Notes: generated by a model not told the origin, from the letters alone. DNA of 64,000 nucleotides from Lama glama (GCA_028534125.1 CM052816.1:78928001-78992000), one strand, 5' to 3'; positions 25,352 to 39,019 are shown, numbered from the stretch's first letter. A program made the numbers and translations.

Positions 25352-25976
25352 GTTTTATTTTTTTATTTAGCAAGTTTTTTTGAAAACATTTTTTTATTGA
25401 GTTATAGTCATTTTACAATGTTGTGTCAAATTCCAGTGTAGGGCACAATTTTTCAGTTATACATGAACATAAATATATTCATTGTCACATTTTTTTTTCA
25501 CTGTGAGCTACCACAAGATCTTGTATATATTTCCCTGTGCTATACAGTATAATCTTGTTTATCTGTTCTACATATGCCTGTCAGTATCTACAAAGTTTGC
25601 ACTTCCAGTCTATCCCTTCCCACCCCTCTCCCCTTGGCAACCACAAATTTGTATTCTATGTCTATGACTCTGTTTCTGTTTTGTATTTATGTTCTATTTT
25701 TTTTTTTTTAGATTCCACATATGAAGATCTCGTATGGTATTTTTCTTTCTCTTTCTGGCTTACTTCACTTAGAATGACATTCTCTAGGAGCATCCATGTT
25801 GCTGCAAATGGCATTATGTTGTCGATTTTTATGGCTGAATAGTATTCCATTGTATAAATATACCACATCGTCTTTATCCAGTCATCTGTTGATGGACATT
25901 TAGGCTGTTTCCAGTCTCGGCTATTGTAAATAGTGCTGCTATGAACACTGGCGTGCAGGTGTCTTTCTGAAGTAGG
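25352..25976 (-). mobile_element. Young camelid-type L1 3' end with 14-bp TSD
   Basis: ttattgagttatagtcattttacaatg...; GAGGACCAGAAGTT at 25338-25351 and 25977-25990. Confidence 0.92.
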
Positions 25977-27319
25977 GAGGACCAGAAGTTTTTAATTTTG
26001 ACATAGTTCAATATATCAAATTTTTCTTTTATGACTCATGCTTATGAGTCATAACATCATATCATTTATTTCATGACATACCTATAAGCTGCTCATATTT
26101 TATCCATGAAATTTTTGCATAATCCAAGGTCACAAAGATTTTTTCCTATATTTTCCACTAGAAGTTTTACAGTTTGGGTTTTTGCATGTAGGTCTATGAT
26201 CCTTTTTGAGTTAATTTTTATTGTGATGGGAGATAAAGATCCAAGTTCAATTTTTTGCCTATGGATATCCAAACGTACAGCATCATCCTTTCCCCCATTG
26301 AATTACCTTTGTACTTCTGTCAAAAATCAGCCGTGTACATATGTGTTCATCTATTTGGGGGTTCTTTATTCTTTTCCATTGATCTATATTTCTATCTTGA
26401 TGCCAACATCTCACTGCATTGATTACTGTAATTTTATAATGTCAACGTGTTATGTTTTCATTTGTATTCAGTCCAAAATACATTCTGATTTCCTTTTGGT
26501 TTCCCTTGGATTATAAGTTATTTACAAATGTGTTTTTTAGTTTCCAAATATTTACAGATTTTCCACATATCTTTATGTTACTGATTTCTATTTCCATTGT
26601 GGTTAGAGAATTACTCTGTATAACTTGAATTATTTTAAATATACAGAGCTTTATATGATGGCTTAGAATATAATTTTTCTTGGTAAATGTTCTATGTACA
26701 TTTGAAAGGAATGTGTGCTGTGGGTTGTTGGGTGAAATGTTCTATAAAGGAATCAGGTCAGGTTGTGTGGTAGCATAGTTCAAGTTCTCTATATAGTTAC
26801 TGATTTCTTTTTACTTGTTTTATTAATTATCAAGAGAGAGAGGTATTGAAATCTTTGACCATAATTGTCTATTTCTTCTTTCAATCCTTTCAGTTTTTGC
26901 TCCATGTATTTTGAAGATCTTTTATTATGTGCATAAACATTTAGGATTGTTATGTTGTTTTCATGAACTGACCCCTTTATTACTAGGAAATGCTTTTCCT
27001 TATTCCTGGGAATATCCTTGATCCGAAATCTACTTTGATAGTAATATCACCAACGGAGCTCTCTTTTGATTAGTGTTAGCATGGTATATTGTTTTAATCT
27101 ATTTGCATTTTTGCATTTGTAGGAAGCAAAACTGAACATTACTTTTTAATATAATCTACAATCTGCCAGTATTAGACCATTTATATTTAATGTGATCAAT
27201 GATATGCTTAGATTTAAATCTATAATCTTGCTATTTTTCCTATTTGTCCCATCTGTTCTTTGTTCTCTTTCTTCTTTTCTGCCTTCTTTTGGATTGATCA
27301 TAGTTTTTACTGTTTATTT

Positions 27320-28447
27320 TATTTTCAAATAGACTATATTTTTTAGAGCAGTTTTAGGTTCATGGCAAAACTGAGTGGAAAGTACAGAGAGTTCCTGTAT
27401 ATCCCCTACTCCCACACTAGCATACCTCCCCCACTATCACCATCCTGCACCAGAGTGGTACATTTGTCACAGTTGATGAACCTGCATGGACACATCATCG
27501 CCCAAGGTTCATTGTTTACATTAGGTTTCAGTCTTATTGTTGTAAATTCTATGGGTTTGGATCAATGTATAATGACTTGTATCCACCATTGTAGCATCAT
27601 ACAGAGTAGTTTCACTGCCCTAAAAATCTTTTGTGCTCCACCGATTCATCTCTCCATCCCCTCTAACCCTTTGGAAATCATTGATTCTTTTATGGCTTCC
27701 AGAGTTTTGCCTTTTCCAAAATGTCATACAATTGGAATCATATAATATGTAACCTTTTCAAATTGGCTTTTTTCACTTAATACTCTGCATTTAAGTCTCC
27801 TTCATGTCTTTTAATGGCTTAATAGCTCATTTCTTTTAAACACTAAATAATATTCTATTAGCTATATGTATCATAGTTTATCCCTTTACCTACTGAAGGA
27901 CATCTTGGTTGCTTCCAAGTGTTGCCAATTATGAATAAAGCTGCTATAAACATCTGTGTGTGGACATAAGTTCTCAAATCCTTTGGGTAAACACGAAGGA
28001 ATGCAATTGCTGGAACATGCAGGATAAAAAATGTTTAGTTTTGTAAGAAACTGTCAAACTTTCTTCCAAAATGGTTGTAACATTTTGTATTCCTACCAGC
28101 AATGAATGAGAGTTCCTGTTTTCCCTCAAATTCTCATCAGCATTTGGTGTTATCAGTGTTTTGGAGTTTGGTCATTCTCCAAATAGGTGTGTAGTGGTAT
28201 TTCATTATTGCTTTAATTTACAATTCTCTAAGATATATGATGTTGAATATTTTCCCATATGCTTGCCATCTGTGTATCTTCTTTGATGAGATGTCTGTTC
28301 AGGTATTTGGCCCTTTTTTTTTAACCAGGTTGTTCATTTATTATTATTGAGTTTTTAAGTGTTCTTTGTATTTTTTGGATAACATTCCTTTAACAGATAC
28401 ATTTTTGCAAATATCTTCTCCCAGGCTTTGGCTTGTCTTCTCATCTT
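27320..28447 (-). mobile_element. L1MC1/2-like 3' end inserted in the older L1
   Basis: agagcagttttaggttcatggcaaaactgagtggaaagtacagagagttcc...cagagtagtttcactgccctaaaaatc. Confidence 0.8.
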
Positions 28448-30710
28448 ATTATATTTTACCTCCTTTGTTGGTTTATTTGTTATAACTTTTTCTTTTGTTA
28501 TTTTAATAGTTGCTTTAGGGTTTATAAGTTACATCTTTTACCATCATAGCTTATCTTTAATTATATTATATCATTTTAGTTATACTATAAGAACCTCATG
28601 ATACTATAACTCTATTTCTTCCCTCTTGATATTTGTGCTATTGTTGTCATAGATTTTATGCTTGCAAATGTTATAAACCTCGCACACATTGTTAATATTT
28701 TTGTTTAAACAATTGTCTTCAAATATATTTAAATAATGAGAAAAATCTTATTTATTTACCTATGTAATTACCATCTTCAGTGATATTCATTCCTTTGTGT
28801 AGATCTGTATTTCCAACTGATACAATTTTCCTATGCCTGAAGGACTTTCTTTTGCATTTCTTATAATAGAGGTATGTTGATAATTAGTTTCTTTTTTTTT
28901 TAGCTTTTTGTGTTTAAAATATTATTTATTTTGCCTGTATGTTTGAACAATACTTTTGCTTGGCGTAGAATTCTAGGTTGATAGTGTTCTTTCAATACTT
29001 TAAAGACATTGCTCCATTGTCTTATTAGTTGCATTGTTTCCAAGGTGGAATCTGCTAGCATTCTTACCTATGTTTTTCTGTATAAAACATGTGCTATATA
29101 TATGTTTTTGTTGACTGCTTAAAGAATTTTTCCTGTTATCATTAGTTTTGAACAACTTGACTATGATGTGCTTTGGTATAGTTTTCTTTATTTTTCTTAT
29201 GCTTGAATTTGCAGGTTTAAAATTTTCATCAAACTTGGAAAAATTTTGGCTATTATTTTTTCAAATATTTTTTCTACCTTTCCCTGACTCTCATCTCTTG
29301 ATTACTCAAGTTACACATATATTAGTTCACTTGTTGTCCAACAGCTCACTGATGCTGTATTTATTTTTTTTTAAATCTTTTTTTCTATACATTATGTTTC
29401 AGATGGTATCTATTGGTCCACCTGAAAATTCACTAATTTTTTCATCTCCAGTGTTCAATCTTCTGCTAATCACACGCAGTGTATTTTTCATCTTAGACAC
29501 TGTATTTCTATTTGGGTCTATTTTTTACTTCTTTCATGTCTCTTTAACTTTTTGAACATATAGAATACTCCATATTATAATCACTATTTTGATATTCTTG
29601 TTTGTTAATTCTAACATCTATTTAGTTCTGAGTTTATTTTGATTGATCAATTATTTACTTTACTATGGGGTTACATGTTCTTGATCTCTAGTAATAATTT
29701 GCATGCCTGGTAATTTTTTATTGGCTACCAATCATTGTCAGTTTTACCTTGTTATGTGATTTACATTGATGATATTTACATAAATACTCTTGCACTTTGT
29801 TGTGGGAAATAGTTATGTGGAAACAGTTTGACTCAGTTCTTGCTTTATGATCTATGGGATCAGAACAGTCCTCAGTATAGAGCTAATTACTCCCCACTAC
29901 CAAGACAACACCCTTCTGAGTACTTTACCCATTGCCCCATGAATCTTGAAGTTTTCCAGTGCGATTTCTAAGCACAAGCACTATTATGACCCTGTATGAG
30001 TGCCAAGCACTCTTCCTCTACCCATTCCACGTGATTCTATCCCTGAGGCAGTTTCCTCATATGCACATGCTAGTCAGTACTCAGCTGAAGATTCAAGGGA
30101 AACTGTGTAGGTCTTCAGAAATCTCTGTCTGTATAGCTCTTTATTTCCCAGTACTCTTTCCTGTGAACACCAGTCACCTTGTTCACCCCAGAATTTCATC
30201 TCCATCTCAAGTCAAGGAATCATCCAGGCTTTACCTGGGTTTCCCCTTTCCTGTACTACAGAACTGGAATCTCTCTTAGAACAGCAAGCAAGGATAAATA
30301 TAGGGCTCACCTCATTTGTCTCCTTTTAGGAATCAATGGTTACTCATTGCATGATATCCAGTGACTTGAAAACTATTGTTCCATATATTTTCTCCACTTT
30401 TTGATTGTTTAAGGTAGAAGGATAAATGTGGTCCTATTACTCCATCTTGGCCAGAGTGTAATACAGTTTCTAGAATATTTATTTGGAGAAAGATAATGGT
30501 TACCATTCATTGTCAGGAAAGAAAGGAAAAAGAAAAGTAAAGAAAGAAAGTTATTTGGTTTTAAACAAATCTTGTAGAAAGAGGTTGTTGGAAGGCAGCA
30601 AAATGAGAAAAAGTAGTGTGGAGTTTTTTATGAAGCTAAATGTATATCATTTAAACGACACTTCCTTATGCTGAGATGATATACTTGCTAAGTTTTGTGT
30701 GTTAAAAAGA

Positions 30711-30866
30711 TAGGGAGCTATATTCAATATCTTTTAGTAATCTATAATGAAAAAGAGTATGAAAAGGAATATGTGTATATACATGTATGACTGAAACATT
30801 ATGTTGAACACCAGAAATTGACACATTGTAAACTGACTGTACTTCAATAAAAAATTTTTAAAAATT
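30711..30866 (+). mobile_element. Short L1 3' end
   Basis: gggagctatattcaatatctt...cattgtaaactgactgtacttcaataaaa; possible TSD aaaaaga. Confidence 0.8.
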
Positions 30867-31049
30867 AAAAAGACTTCCATTTGATTTTTTTCTACCTTGT
30901 AAAATTAAAAACTAGTGACTCTTCCAACTAAAAAAGTACAGGCCTATGATCAAATTCCACAGTCTAGAAAACAGTGGCAAATTTTGGGACTAAGAACAGG
31001 TAAACTCCAGGTGGCTAAGACAGAATTGATTTCTAAATTAACAAATAAA

Positions 31050-31160
31050 AAACTGAGTTCTTTGAAGGCTGAGATTGCATTTTTTTTCATCACTTTATTT
31101 CTAGTGTCTAGCACATAGTTGGTGCTCAAAAGATGCCTAATGAATGAATGAATGAATGAA
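31050..31160 (+). mobile_element. L2 3' end with (GAAT)n
   Basis: gtgtctagcacatagttggtgctcaa...aatgaatgaatgaatgaat. Confidence 0.75.
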
Positions 31161-31509
31161 TTTGGTGCCTAATCACATAATACCCAAGGACTGCTGGTCT
31201 GGCAGGCCCAGGAATTTTCCAGTGCAGCCCTCTTAATTGATCTGCTTCATTAAAATAGAAACAGTGAGACTAATTGGCTTTGACACAGACTTACTTCCCA
31301 GGTCACTGCTGTGGCTGCCATACACTCCTCAGTAAACAAGCTGTTGTGCAAGGCACCTGAGGCAAAGGACCTAATCAGTTGGCAGGATCTTGGACCATGA
31401 CAACACAGACGGGGAGAGAAGAAAGAGTGCAGTATTAACTAGTGAATCTGACAGGATTTGGGAACAGATATAAAACTGGCAAAGTGCTGACTGGGCAGAC
31501 ACCTGCTTT

Positions 31510-31672
31510 GAGGGTTACAACCCTAGCCACTTACTAGGATCACTTGAGTTGCTTTTATAATGTATACATACTAAGCTCTACATCCAGAGATTGAGTCAAT
31601 TAGTCTGAGGCAGGGCAAGGAAATGGACATATTTTTGAAGACTTTTGTAATTCTATTGCACAAATTACTGTG
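31510..31672. mobile_element. MER5A-like MITE (degenerate)
   Basis: ggatcacttgag...catccagagattgagtcaattagtctgaggcaggg...taattctattgcaca. Confidence 0.5.
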
Positions 31673-32304
31673 TCAAGCCACGAAATCAATAATCCTCATT
31701 CTTCTCCTTTTGCTGATCTCTACCATTTAAAAGGTGTCCTATTCTCCAGTAAGGTGCTACTAGTAAGAGATATGCATTGGAAAAGTGCAAATCAGATGTT
31801 GGCAAATATGAAACAATTTTTGTATCACTGGCCATTTTCCTTTTACAAGTCCCCATTTCTGTTCTACAGCAGGAAAATTAAATATAGTACAATCAAATAT
31901 GCATCCATCTAGTTTAGTATATCTGTAGTCAAATTCAGATATTATTTATTTCAATCACTATCCTGTTCAAAATTCTTTCTCTAAACTGCCTTCACTCCCA
32001 ACTTTTACTGAAATTCCAGAGAAGGACTGTCATGCTTGACTTGTGAAGTCATCAGGCAGATGGGACGGTCAGGAAGAGTGAGCTAACTGCTACAGCTCAG
32101 TGGGCAGGGAACTGAATAGCTGGTTACAGTCACTTCTCTGCGGATTCTAGCTGCCAGTGTCATCCCCAGTCTGGTTGTAGGTGTGTCCCTGCTGGCTCAG
32201 GAGTCCTTGTATGCTCCTGGCATCCTGAGATTCACTTCTGCTTTAACTCCAGAGTGGTGGTCTGCCATGAGCCTCTGCTGGCAGGGTTCCTTCACATCCT
32301 CCCA

Positions 32305-33601
32305 ACCTTTTCAAGGCCTGAGGCAAATGAAGGCCCACATACCATAAGTCTACATATTTAAGAATTATAAATCAAGTTAACAAATTGCTAAACGAAATGT
32401 GTCCTATTGTCCTAACTTGAAAATATACTTTGTAAGACCAAATCAGAAAAAAATTTATGTAAAACTAAGAGTTAACAAAATATCAAATGAATACAATTAA
32501 ATTTAACTTATATTGCATGTACCTGCTAGGCTGGCAGTGTTTGGATGAGTAATAATTCAGCAATTAATACATATTTGTTTCCTGGAATCTAAATTTTTTG
32601 TCCCTCATTTTAAATAAAGTTACTAATTATGTTGATACAATCAAATTTTTCACACATAACTTATATTCTTGTGTTGGTAGTAATGAAATAAATTAAAAAA
32701 TAAAATTCAATTATATTTAAATTGTATAAAATTGAGTGAATTTTTAAGAAAATTTAAAGTAGATCTAGAGAAATAAAACTATTTTCCTAATTTTAACAAA
32801 AGTGAGACATCTTTTAAAATATTTAAAATTATTTATTAAAATTAAAAGGCAAACTACATGTTGTAATGAGTATCAATTCATTGTTTTCACCAGATTTTAA
32901 GTCAAAATGACTTCATTAAAGCTAAAAATTAAAATTTTTTAAACATTTAAATTAAATCTTACTAAGTAGTGTTATAAAACTATTTGTAAATTCTAGAATT
33001 TAATGCCCATGAAATTGCCAGTATAAAGGAAAGGAATCATGCTTCATGCGTGTTACAACTAGACCTACATATATACACACATTCACAGGTAACATGAACA
33101 ATGCTGCAGTTATTTCTCAGCTATCAGGTTAACTATTGAAAAACAGCAGGCAAATTCATGAGCACCTCTGGAAGTACAAATTAAAACATGAAGAGGAAGA
33201 AGGAAATGGACAGCTGGCACTATGAGGGAACTAATATTTCACTACAAAGGAATCCTCTGCGTTAACATTAATTTAAGAGAGGGTTTATAAATTAATTTGT
33301 CTTTTTTTTTACCCCAAAGTATTTCCACTGAATGCACTGCTAAAATTCTCCCTACACCCCCGGGCAGTCTCTGCAGAAGCACAGCCCACAAACCTTCAGG
33401 TCTTTGGACACAGCTGCCTTCTGTTGAAAGGATCTGAGGGAGTGGAGAAGCTTTCCCTGGAGCCTGAAAAGTGTCAATCAGAGAGCAAATGTTTAGGGTT
33501 GTAGGTCAGCCTGTGCCAGCTCTGATCTCAGATCCCTGGAGGCTGCGGAAGCATGGGGTCCAGGACAGGAGCCCCTCTATCTGGGACAAAGGCTGGTATT
33601 G
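32305..33601. mobile_element. hAT-Tip100 transposon remnant (Zaphod/MER115-like)
   Basis: aatgaaggcccacataccataagtctacatatttaagaattataaatcaag at one end, gaagcatggggtccaggacagg...ggctggtattg at the other, very AT-rich interior. Confidence 0.5.
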
Positions 33602-34944
33602 GTCCCTTTGCTGCTGTGTATCGGGGTATCGGGGTTTGCTTAGCAAACTGACCTCTGCTTCTAACCATCTTATGGGACCTCTGGGGCCCTGGGAAGCTTA
33701 GAATCCCCCTTACAACCATTGTTGCTCTGTGGAAAACTGGGAGGTGATTTGTGGCCTCTCCCGACTTGTTCTGTCCCTTTCTGATGCCCTCTGCCTGTAT
33801 CCAGAGCTCTCTGATGTCTTCTGCCTGTGCCTGGCAGCCCCCAGTGTGCTGATGGGTTCTGCCATTCAGCCAGTCCCCGTGTTCAGGTGTTCCCCTGAGC
33901 TTCACAGGACCTTCTCTGGGGAATCTCTTTGTAGGGAGATATGGCAAGTACTCTCCTTTCTTAAGAGAGCAAGGGTGTGAAAAGAATAAGAGTTTCAACT
34001 CTAACACTCCAAGGTCTCTTCAAGAAGCCACCCCAGTCTTTCTCTCAGAGAGCTCTACAGACCATCCTCCAGCAGATGGAGTAGGGCATCTAATTAATTG
34101 ACTTCTGATTCTCCCCAGTGTTTCTGTCTCACATCTGGCTGGTCCTCATTGAAACTACACGTCTGTATTTGCATCTGTTCTCTGACCCAGGAAGAGGTTT
34201 GTAGCAAAGGGAAGAAAGTAAGACCAGTGGATTGATGTCTCAAGTTATTGTCACAATTAATAGCTTATCAACTTCTCCAGTACTCCTCTTTGGAGGGAAG
34301 AGGAGGGGAAGTGAAAATGGATAGTTTTGGCAAAACAGCTTTGGGAAGCCACTACAACTGGCTGGATGACGGGTCTGAATCAGTCATGACCTCCGATATT
34401 ATCAAATAAAACCCACCCTCCCACAAAACCCCAGGAAGGATGATTTTAAACATGACTCTTCTACACTACTATTTGTTTAGGTGAAAGGGTCTCTTAAAAC
34501 ACCCGGGGAAAAATCTGTTCTGTATTTTGCCATCTTGCCAATAACAGGACTCTTCCCTGCACTTACCACGAATGAAGACATTCAGAAACTAAAAGGATTG
34601 GAAGAGAAACCCTAATATTAAAGTGTTTGTCATTTAAATACAAATTCTGTTCAGGAAAGCCAGAAGTAAAGAATCTCTGCCTTTCCCAAGCATCTATTTG
34701 GCAGGATTGAAGATAAAAATAACTGAACATAATTTTATCCCTGTAACATTAAGTTTAATGTCTGCTTTTAAAACACAAGGTTGGGAAATTGTAATTTTCA
34801 GACTCCACATCTGCTTCTATATCTGTGGGGCCATCAGAATTGTAGGAATTGCTGTCTGTCAAATCCCTCTCTCCTGAGACTAGAAGCTCCTGGAGGCACC
34901 TGACTGAGCACACAGGCAAAATAGTGTAGAAACAAAGATTCTGC

Positions 34945-35079
34945 TCTGGGCACAGGGCACCACACCAAGAGGGCACTGCCATTCTCGGCCAGTCATGGGC
35001 ATTGCAAGAAACTTAGAAAATTTTCAGGAAGGCCCTCCAAAGTGTGGGCCCCACTGCACCAGGTCTAAGTGAGGTACTG
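34945..35079. mobile_element. MER91-like hAT-Tip100 MITE
   Basis: Ends ccaggtctaagtgaggtactg, resembling the Tip100 TIR. Confidence 0.4.
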
Positions 35080-35307
35080 TGCTAACAACTCCTGTGGGAC
35101 CCACTGGTGTGCATCAAGGTGTATAGATAAACATAAAGGAGAACTGGCAGCACCACTGCTGATCTTAGTTTCGAACATAAGCCTTTGTTTTTGTTTTCTT
35201 TCACTCACCCCAACAATATTTATCATGGGCCATGGACCAGGCATCACTGTGGATGCTAAGATGAGCAGTGATAGTAAGCATGCCCTCAAGGAGCTTACAA
35301 ATCTGGA

Positions 35308-35641
35308 GCTGTGTTCTTCAATCCTAGCTATTAATTAGAATCATTTGGGGGAGCTCTTTAAAAATATTTGCAGGGGGAGGGTATAGCTCAGTGGTAGAGT
35401 GTGTGCTTGGCATGCACAAGGTCCCGGGTTCAATCCCCAGTACCTCCATTAAAAATAAATAAATAAATGAATAAACCTAATTACCTCCCCTTCCAAAAAA
35501 AAAAAAACCAATAAAAATATTTGCTTCTAAGCTCCACCCCAAACCAATATATTCAAATTTTCTGAGGGTTGGGGCCCAAGAATCAGAATGCTTTCAAATT
35601 CCCCTGGGGATTCTGATGTGCAACCAGGGTTGAGAACTACT
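35308..35641. mobile_element. MER5A MITE split by a SINE insertion
   Basis: ttcttcaatcctagc...tagaatcatttggggga; resumes ...gattctgatgtgcaaccagggttgagaactac. Confidence 0.75.
35373..35511 (+). mobile_element. vic-1-type tRNA-derived SINE (Camelidae) with 13-bp TSD
   Basis: ggggagggtatagctcagtggtagag (A box), gggttcaatcc (B box), (AAAT)n, cctaattacctcccc, A tail; TAAAAATATTTGC at 35359-35371 and 35512-35524. Confidence 0.9.
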
Positions 35642-37360
35642 CACTGAAGGAATGAATGTCTCCTGTTTCTGTTCTCCATGGCCTGTTCAGCAGATCCTGA
35701 ACACCCTAAAGAATTTGGATGGGCTCAGGTACAGGGCCAATTGCTTGGTGACTTACTTCTGCCAGTGGAGGTGTCTAAGGGCCCTCCTATGCCATTATGG
35801 GTCCATCCAAGGACTATTCACCATCTGCCTGTGGTAAGCCAGGCTTTACATCATGTTGAGGGGTGGAGGATACCACTTCTTTCATGACTTCCATGAGTTT
35901 TTTTGGTCTAGGACATAATACCAGGTGGACTCCAAAGCCCAAGAATCAGCTTCTCAAACCACAAAGAGACTTTTTTGGCATGCAATACCTCACTGAAAAA
36001 ATTATCTAACCAAATCCCTGACATGTTCTGGTAGACAATTCAGGTCTCTTAATTATCTATCAGCCTTTTGGAATCCAAGTGAATAAGCCTCTTTAAATTA
36101 CTAAATGCTTGCCTACTTCTCAATTCAAAATGTTTATAAAGTTTGTTTCAACAGAGCTTTGAAAGGGGAAACTATAAATCTTACTTAATAATTCTTAGAC
36201 AGTTCCCACTTACATAATACTTAACTGTATTTCATAGTTCTAATTCCCTCAAATAATGTTATTTCTTATACCAAGCCCGCTTGACTCTCTAGCATGTATC
36301 GCAGATCTTTCCACTTGTATCTGCTGTGTTTGTCCTTCACTGGGGCTGCCAAGTGCTGACCAAGCAAATCACGTTAGTCAGCTCCCAAAGGGGCTCTCCT
36401 CTTGAGTTCAGACTGGGCTGCTATCTCCATCTTTACATTGTGTTTAGTTAACATCTTTTGTGTTTTGTGTAACTATAAATAGTATTTTATTTAGAACTTA
36501 ATAAATCATAAAAATGACATAATTTTAAGCATATGGTGAATAACCCTTAAAAATAGGAAAAAAGAAAGCAAAAATATCTGCTTTTTGGAATCATCATCAT
36601 TTCTTTTCTTCTTTTTTTTTAACTTTGGAGGGTGAGAGTGGAGATGGTTTCTAATGAAGCTCTCTCATGCAACTGGAAAATCCCCACAGCTGAAAGGCTG
36701 GCTGTCTCTCAGCCACAGAGCTGACAAAGGTTTCATGACACTGAAAATGGGAATGTGAGGAAAGTCAAGGAAGAAGGAAGCCCCACCTCTTTCTTGCTTG
36801 ATGTTATACAGGTTTTAAAAAGATGCCATCAAAGAAAAAATATGCAAGGACTTCTGGGCTCTGCTGTTGACATAAATTTCAGCAGTTAGGCTCAGGCTGG
36901 ACTTTAGCGTGATTTCATGAATTCATTCTTCCACTGAAATTCATTGCCACCTCTAGTGTGCTGTTCTCTGTGCTCCACACTTGGGACTCGAAGTTTAATT
37001 AGACATGGTCCCTGTCCTCAGAGAGTCTTCATGTCCCCTTGTTGAGGCCCATGCAATCCACAGGCCTCAAATTAGATGGATCAGAACCTCGATTTTACCA
37101 ACTTGTCCAGGAATATTCATTCTGTGGAGAACTGATTCGTCCTAAATAAATCACAACAGAGTATAAATCAGAATATGTCTGAGCTGGTCCAACACCCTAA
37201 CAACTCCTTCCCTGCTCACCAGCCAGAGCAGTTCCTCTCATCCTGGTCTAGTACCCTGACTTCCATCATGAGTCCTCCCCAACTCATGACAAATGTGTGC
37301 ATGTATGTGTACACATGTTTGTTCTAAGTATATACATATGTACTTATATATCTAAGTATA

Positions 37361-37573
37361 CAGTTAACTCTTGAACAACATGGGTTTGAACTGTACAGGT
37401 CCACTTACATGTAACTTTTTTCCAGTAGATACTATGGTACTATATGATCCACAGTTGGTTGAGTCCTTGGATGTGGATACTGGGAACGGTGGCTACAACT
37501 AAAAATTACACAAGAATTTTCCACTCCACAGAGGGTTTTGTCACTCCTAATCACATTGTTCAAGGGTCAACTA
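37361..37573. mobile_element. TcMar-Tigger MITE (Tigger2a/MER8-like), both TIRs present
   Basis: TIRs cagttaactcttgaacaa / ttgttcaagggtcaacta, flanked by TA on both sides. Confidence 0.85.
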
Positions 37574-37720
37574 TATATACATATATGTATATATAATATG
37601 CACCAAGTATATATATATACACACATATGTTAAGTATGAGTACATATATATTAATGGGAAGAAATATGTGTGGTGTGTATATATATATGCATACATATGC
37701 ATATATATATTCTAAGTACT
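37574..37720. repeat. TA/TG-rich low-complexity repeat
   Basis: Alternating TA/CA/TG units. Confidence 0.85.
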
Positions 37721-37759
37721 TGCTATGCATGAAGGACGCTAACATCTAAACATCTAAGT

Positions 37760-37960
37760 GGCTTGTGCTAACACTGGGGCAGGTATTGTTATCTCATCCA
37801 ACATAGACTACATATTGATCTTATGAGATAGATATTATTGTACTTATTTTGTGTGATGCAGAAACAGAAACTGGCAGATGGCAAGTTGCTTAAGGTCACA
37901 CAGCTAGCAAGTGGTGAAGCTCAGATTCCAACAGGCCTGACTGATTTCAGAGCCCTTCCA
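37760..37960 (-). mobile_element. MIR SINE
   Basis: ttgcttaaggtcacacagctagcaagtggtgaagctcagattcca. Confidence 0.7.
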
Positions 37961-39019
37961 ACTCAATAATCACGATCTCATTTAAATGATATTAAAGTCT
38001 ATCTTCGCTCCTTAGGTCTGTAGCACTTTATTCTTTCTATTTATTCTGGATTTCAATCACTTCTTTCCTGTCATCTAATCTACCTTTCCCAAACAATTTT
38101 TCCAGGAAATTTGGATGCAATTTTTTCCATTTGGTTTCTTAACCATGGAGGGAGGAGAAATTTTCCCAATTTGGGGAATAATCTGTTAGTATCTAAATAC
38201 ATCATAAGTTAATTATTTCATCATGGTCCCATTGAGAAAAAAGAAAGAAACCATCATATTTTTCTATCTTTCTTTCCCTCTTCCTTCCCTCCCTTCTTTT
38301 CCTTCTTATGGTCTCCTTTCCTTTCTTCCATTTATTCCTAATTTAAAAGCATCATATATTAAGCCTGATGCACTCATATCTTAGTGAAAAGAAACATATA
38401 CGTACAGGTAATTTTCAGGAAATACGATATGTACAATAATAGAAATACATTCAAAATATAGCTCCAGCCCAGAAGAGGGTGTGATTATTACTATCCCAAA
38501 GCGGGTGGGACCAGGGAATCTTTCATGCAGATGCTTGAGCTAAGTTTGAGGAATGAATAGGCAAGAGAAAGGGCAGTTGAGGGAAGCCCAGGAGCAACTT
38601 TGCTGGCCGCAGATTCCTATACCAGTGACTACTATATGCAATATTAATACGAGGAATGGAGATGTGGAAAGGTCAGAGCCGAACAAGTATTGTATTGATA
38701 TTGGCAAAGTGTGTGCTATTTCCAAAGTCAAGTGTCCTGCTGCTCTTTGCATTGTTATAGTGAAAGGTGAGGCAGCTGCAGGGATGGCATCAAGCCAGTC
38801 CATGCTGATGGAATGACTTCTCTCTCCTGGAAATTATGATACTAAATGCTTAATTTTTATCAGTATCATTTCTGCTCATTATAAAGGCCATTTGACATGG
38901 TACAAATTAGAGCAAGGCTGTGTTGAGAGCATTTATATTCCCTTAAATATTTAGTGCAAAGAGAATGGGATCTTCACAATGAGTTAGATCAATCCCTGAT
39001 GAGGAGGATGAGGCCCACC

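Larger units (their letters stand above)
25203..30460 (-). mobile_element. Large old L1M element (L1MC/L1MD-like) retaining its 5' end, internally deleted and interrupted by two younger L1s
   Basis: ORF2 3' segments at 25203-26440, endonuclease-proximal/ORF1 segments at 26440-29900, 5' terminus tactccatcttggccagag at ~30440-30457. Confidence 0.7.

Noticed and set aside
26106..30364. Several hydrophobic 100-136 aa ORFs resembling membrane proteins
   Set aside because: T-rich antisense L1 sequence yields Phe/Leu/Ile-rich frames.
35374..35446. tRNA-like sequence as a real tRNA gene (also 57996-58069)
   Set aside because: It is followed by a SINE tail and poly-A and flanked by TSDs, so it is a SINE head.
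38553..38816. Overlapping 87-aa ORFs with a donor-like AAG|GTGAGG at ~38766
   Set aside because: No recognisable homology and no convincing acceptor; the start lies in L2-like sequence.
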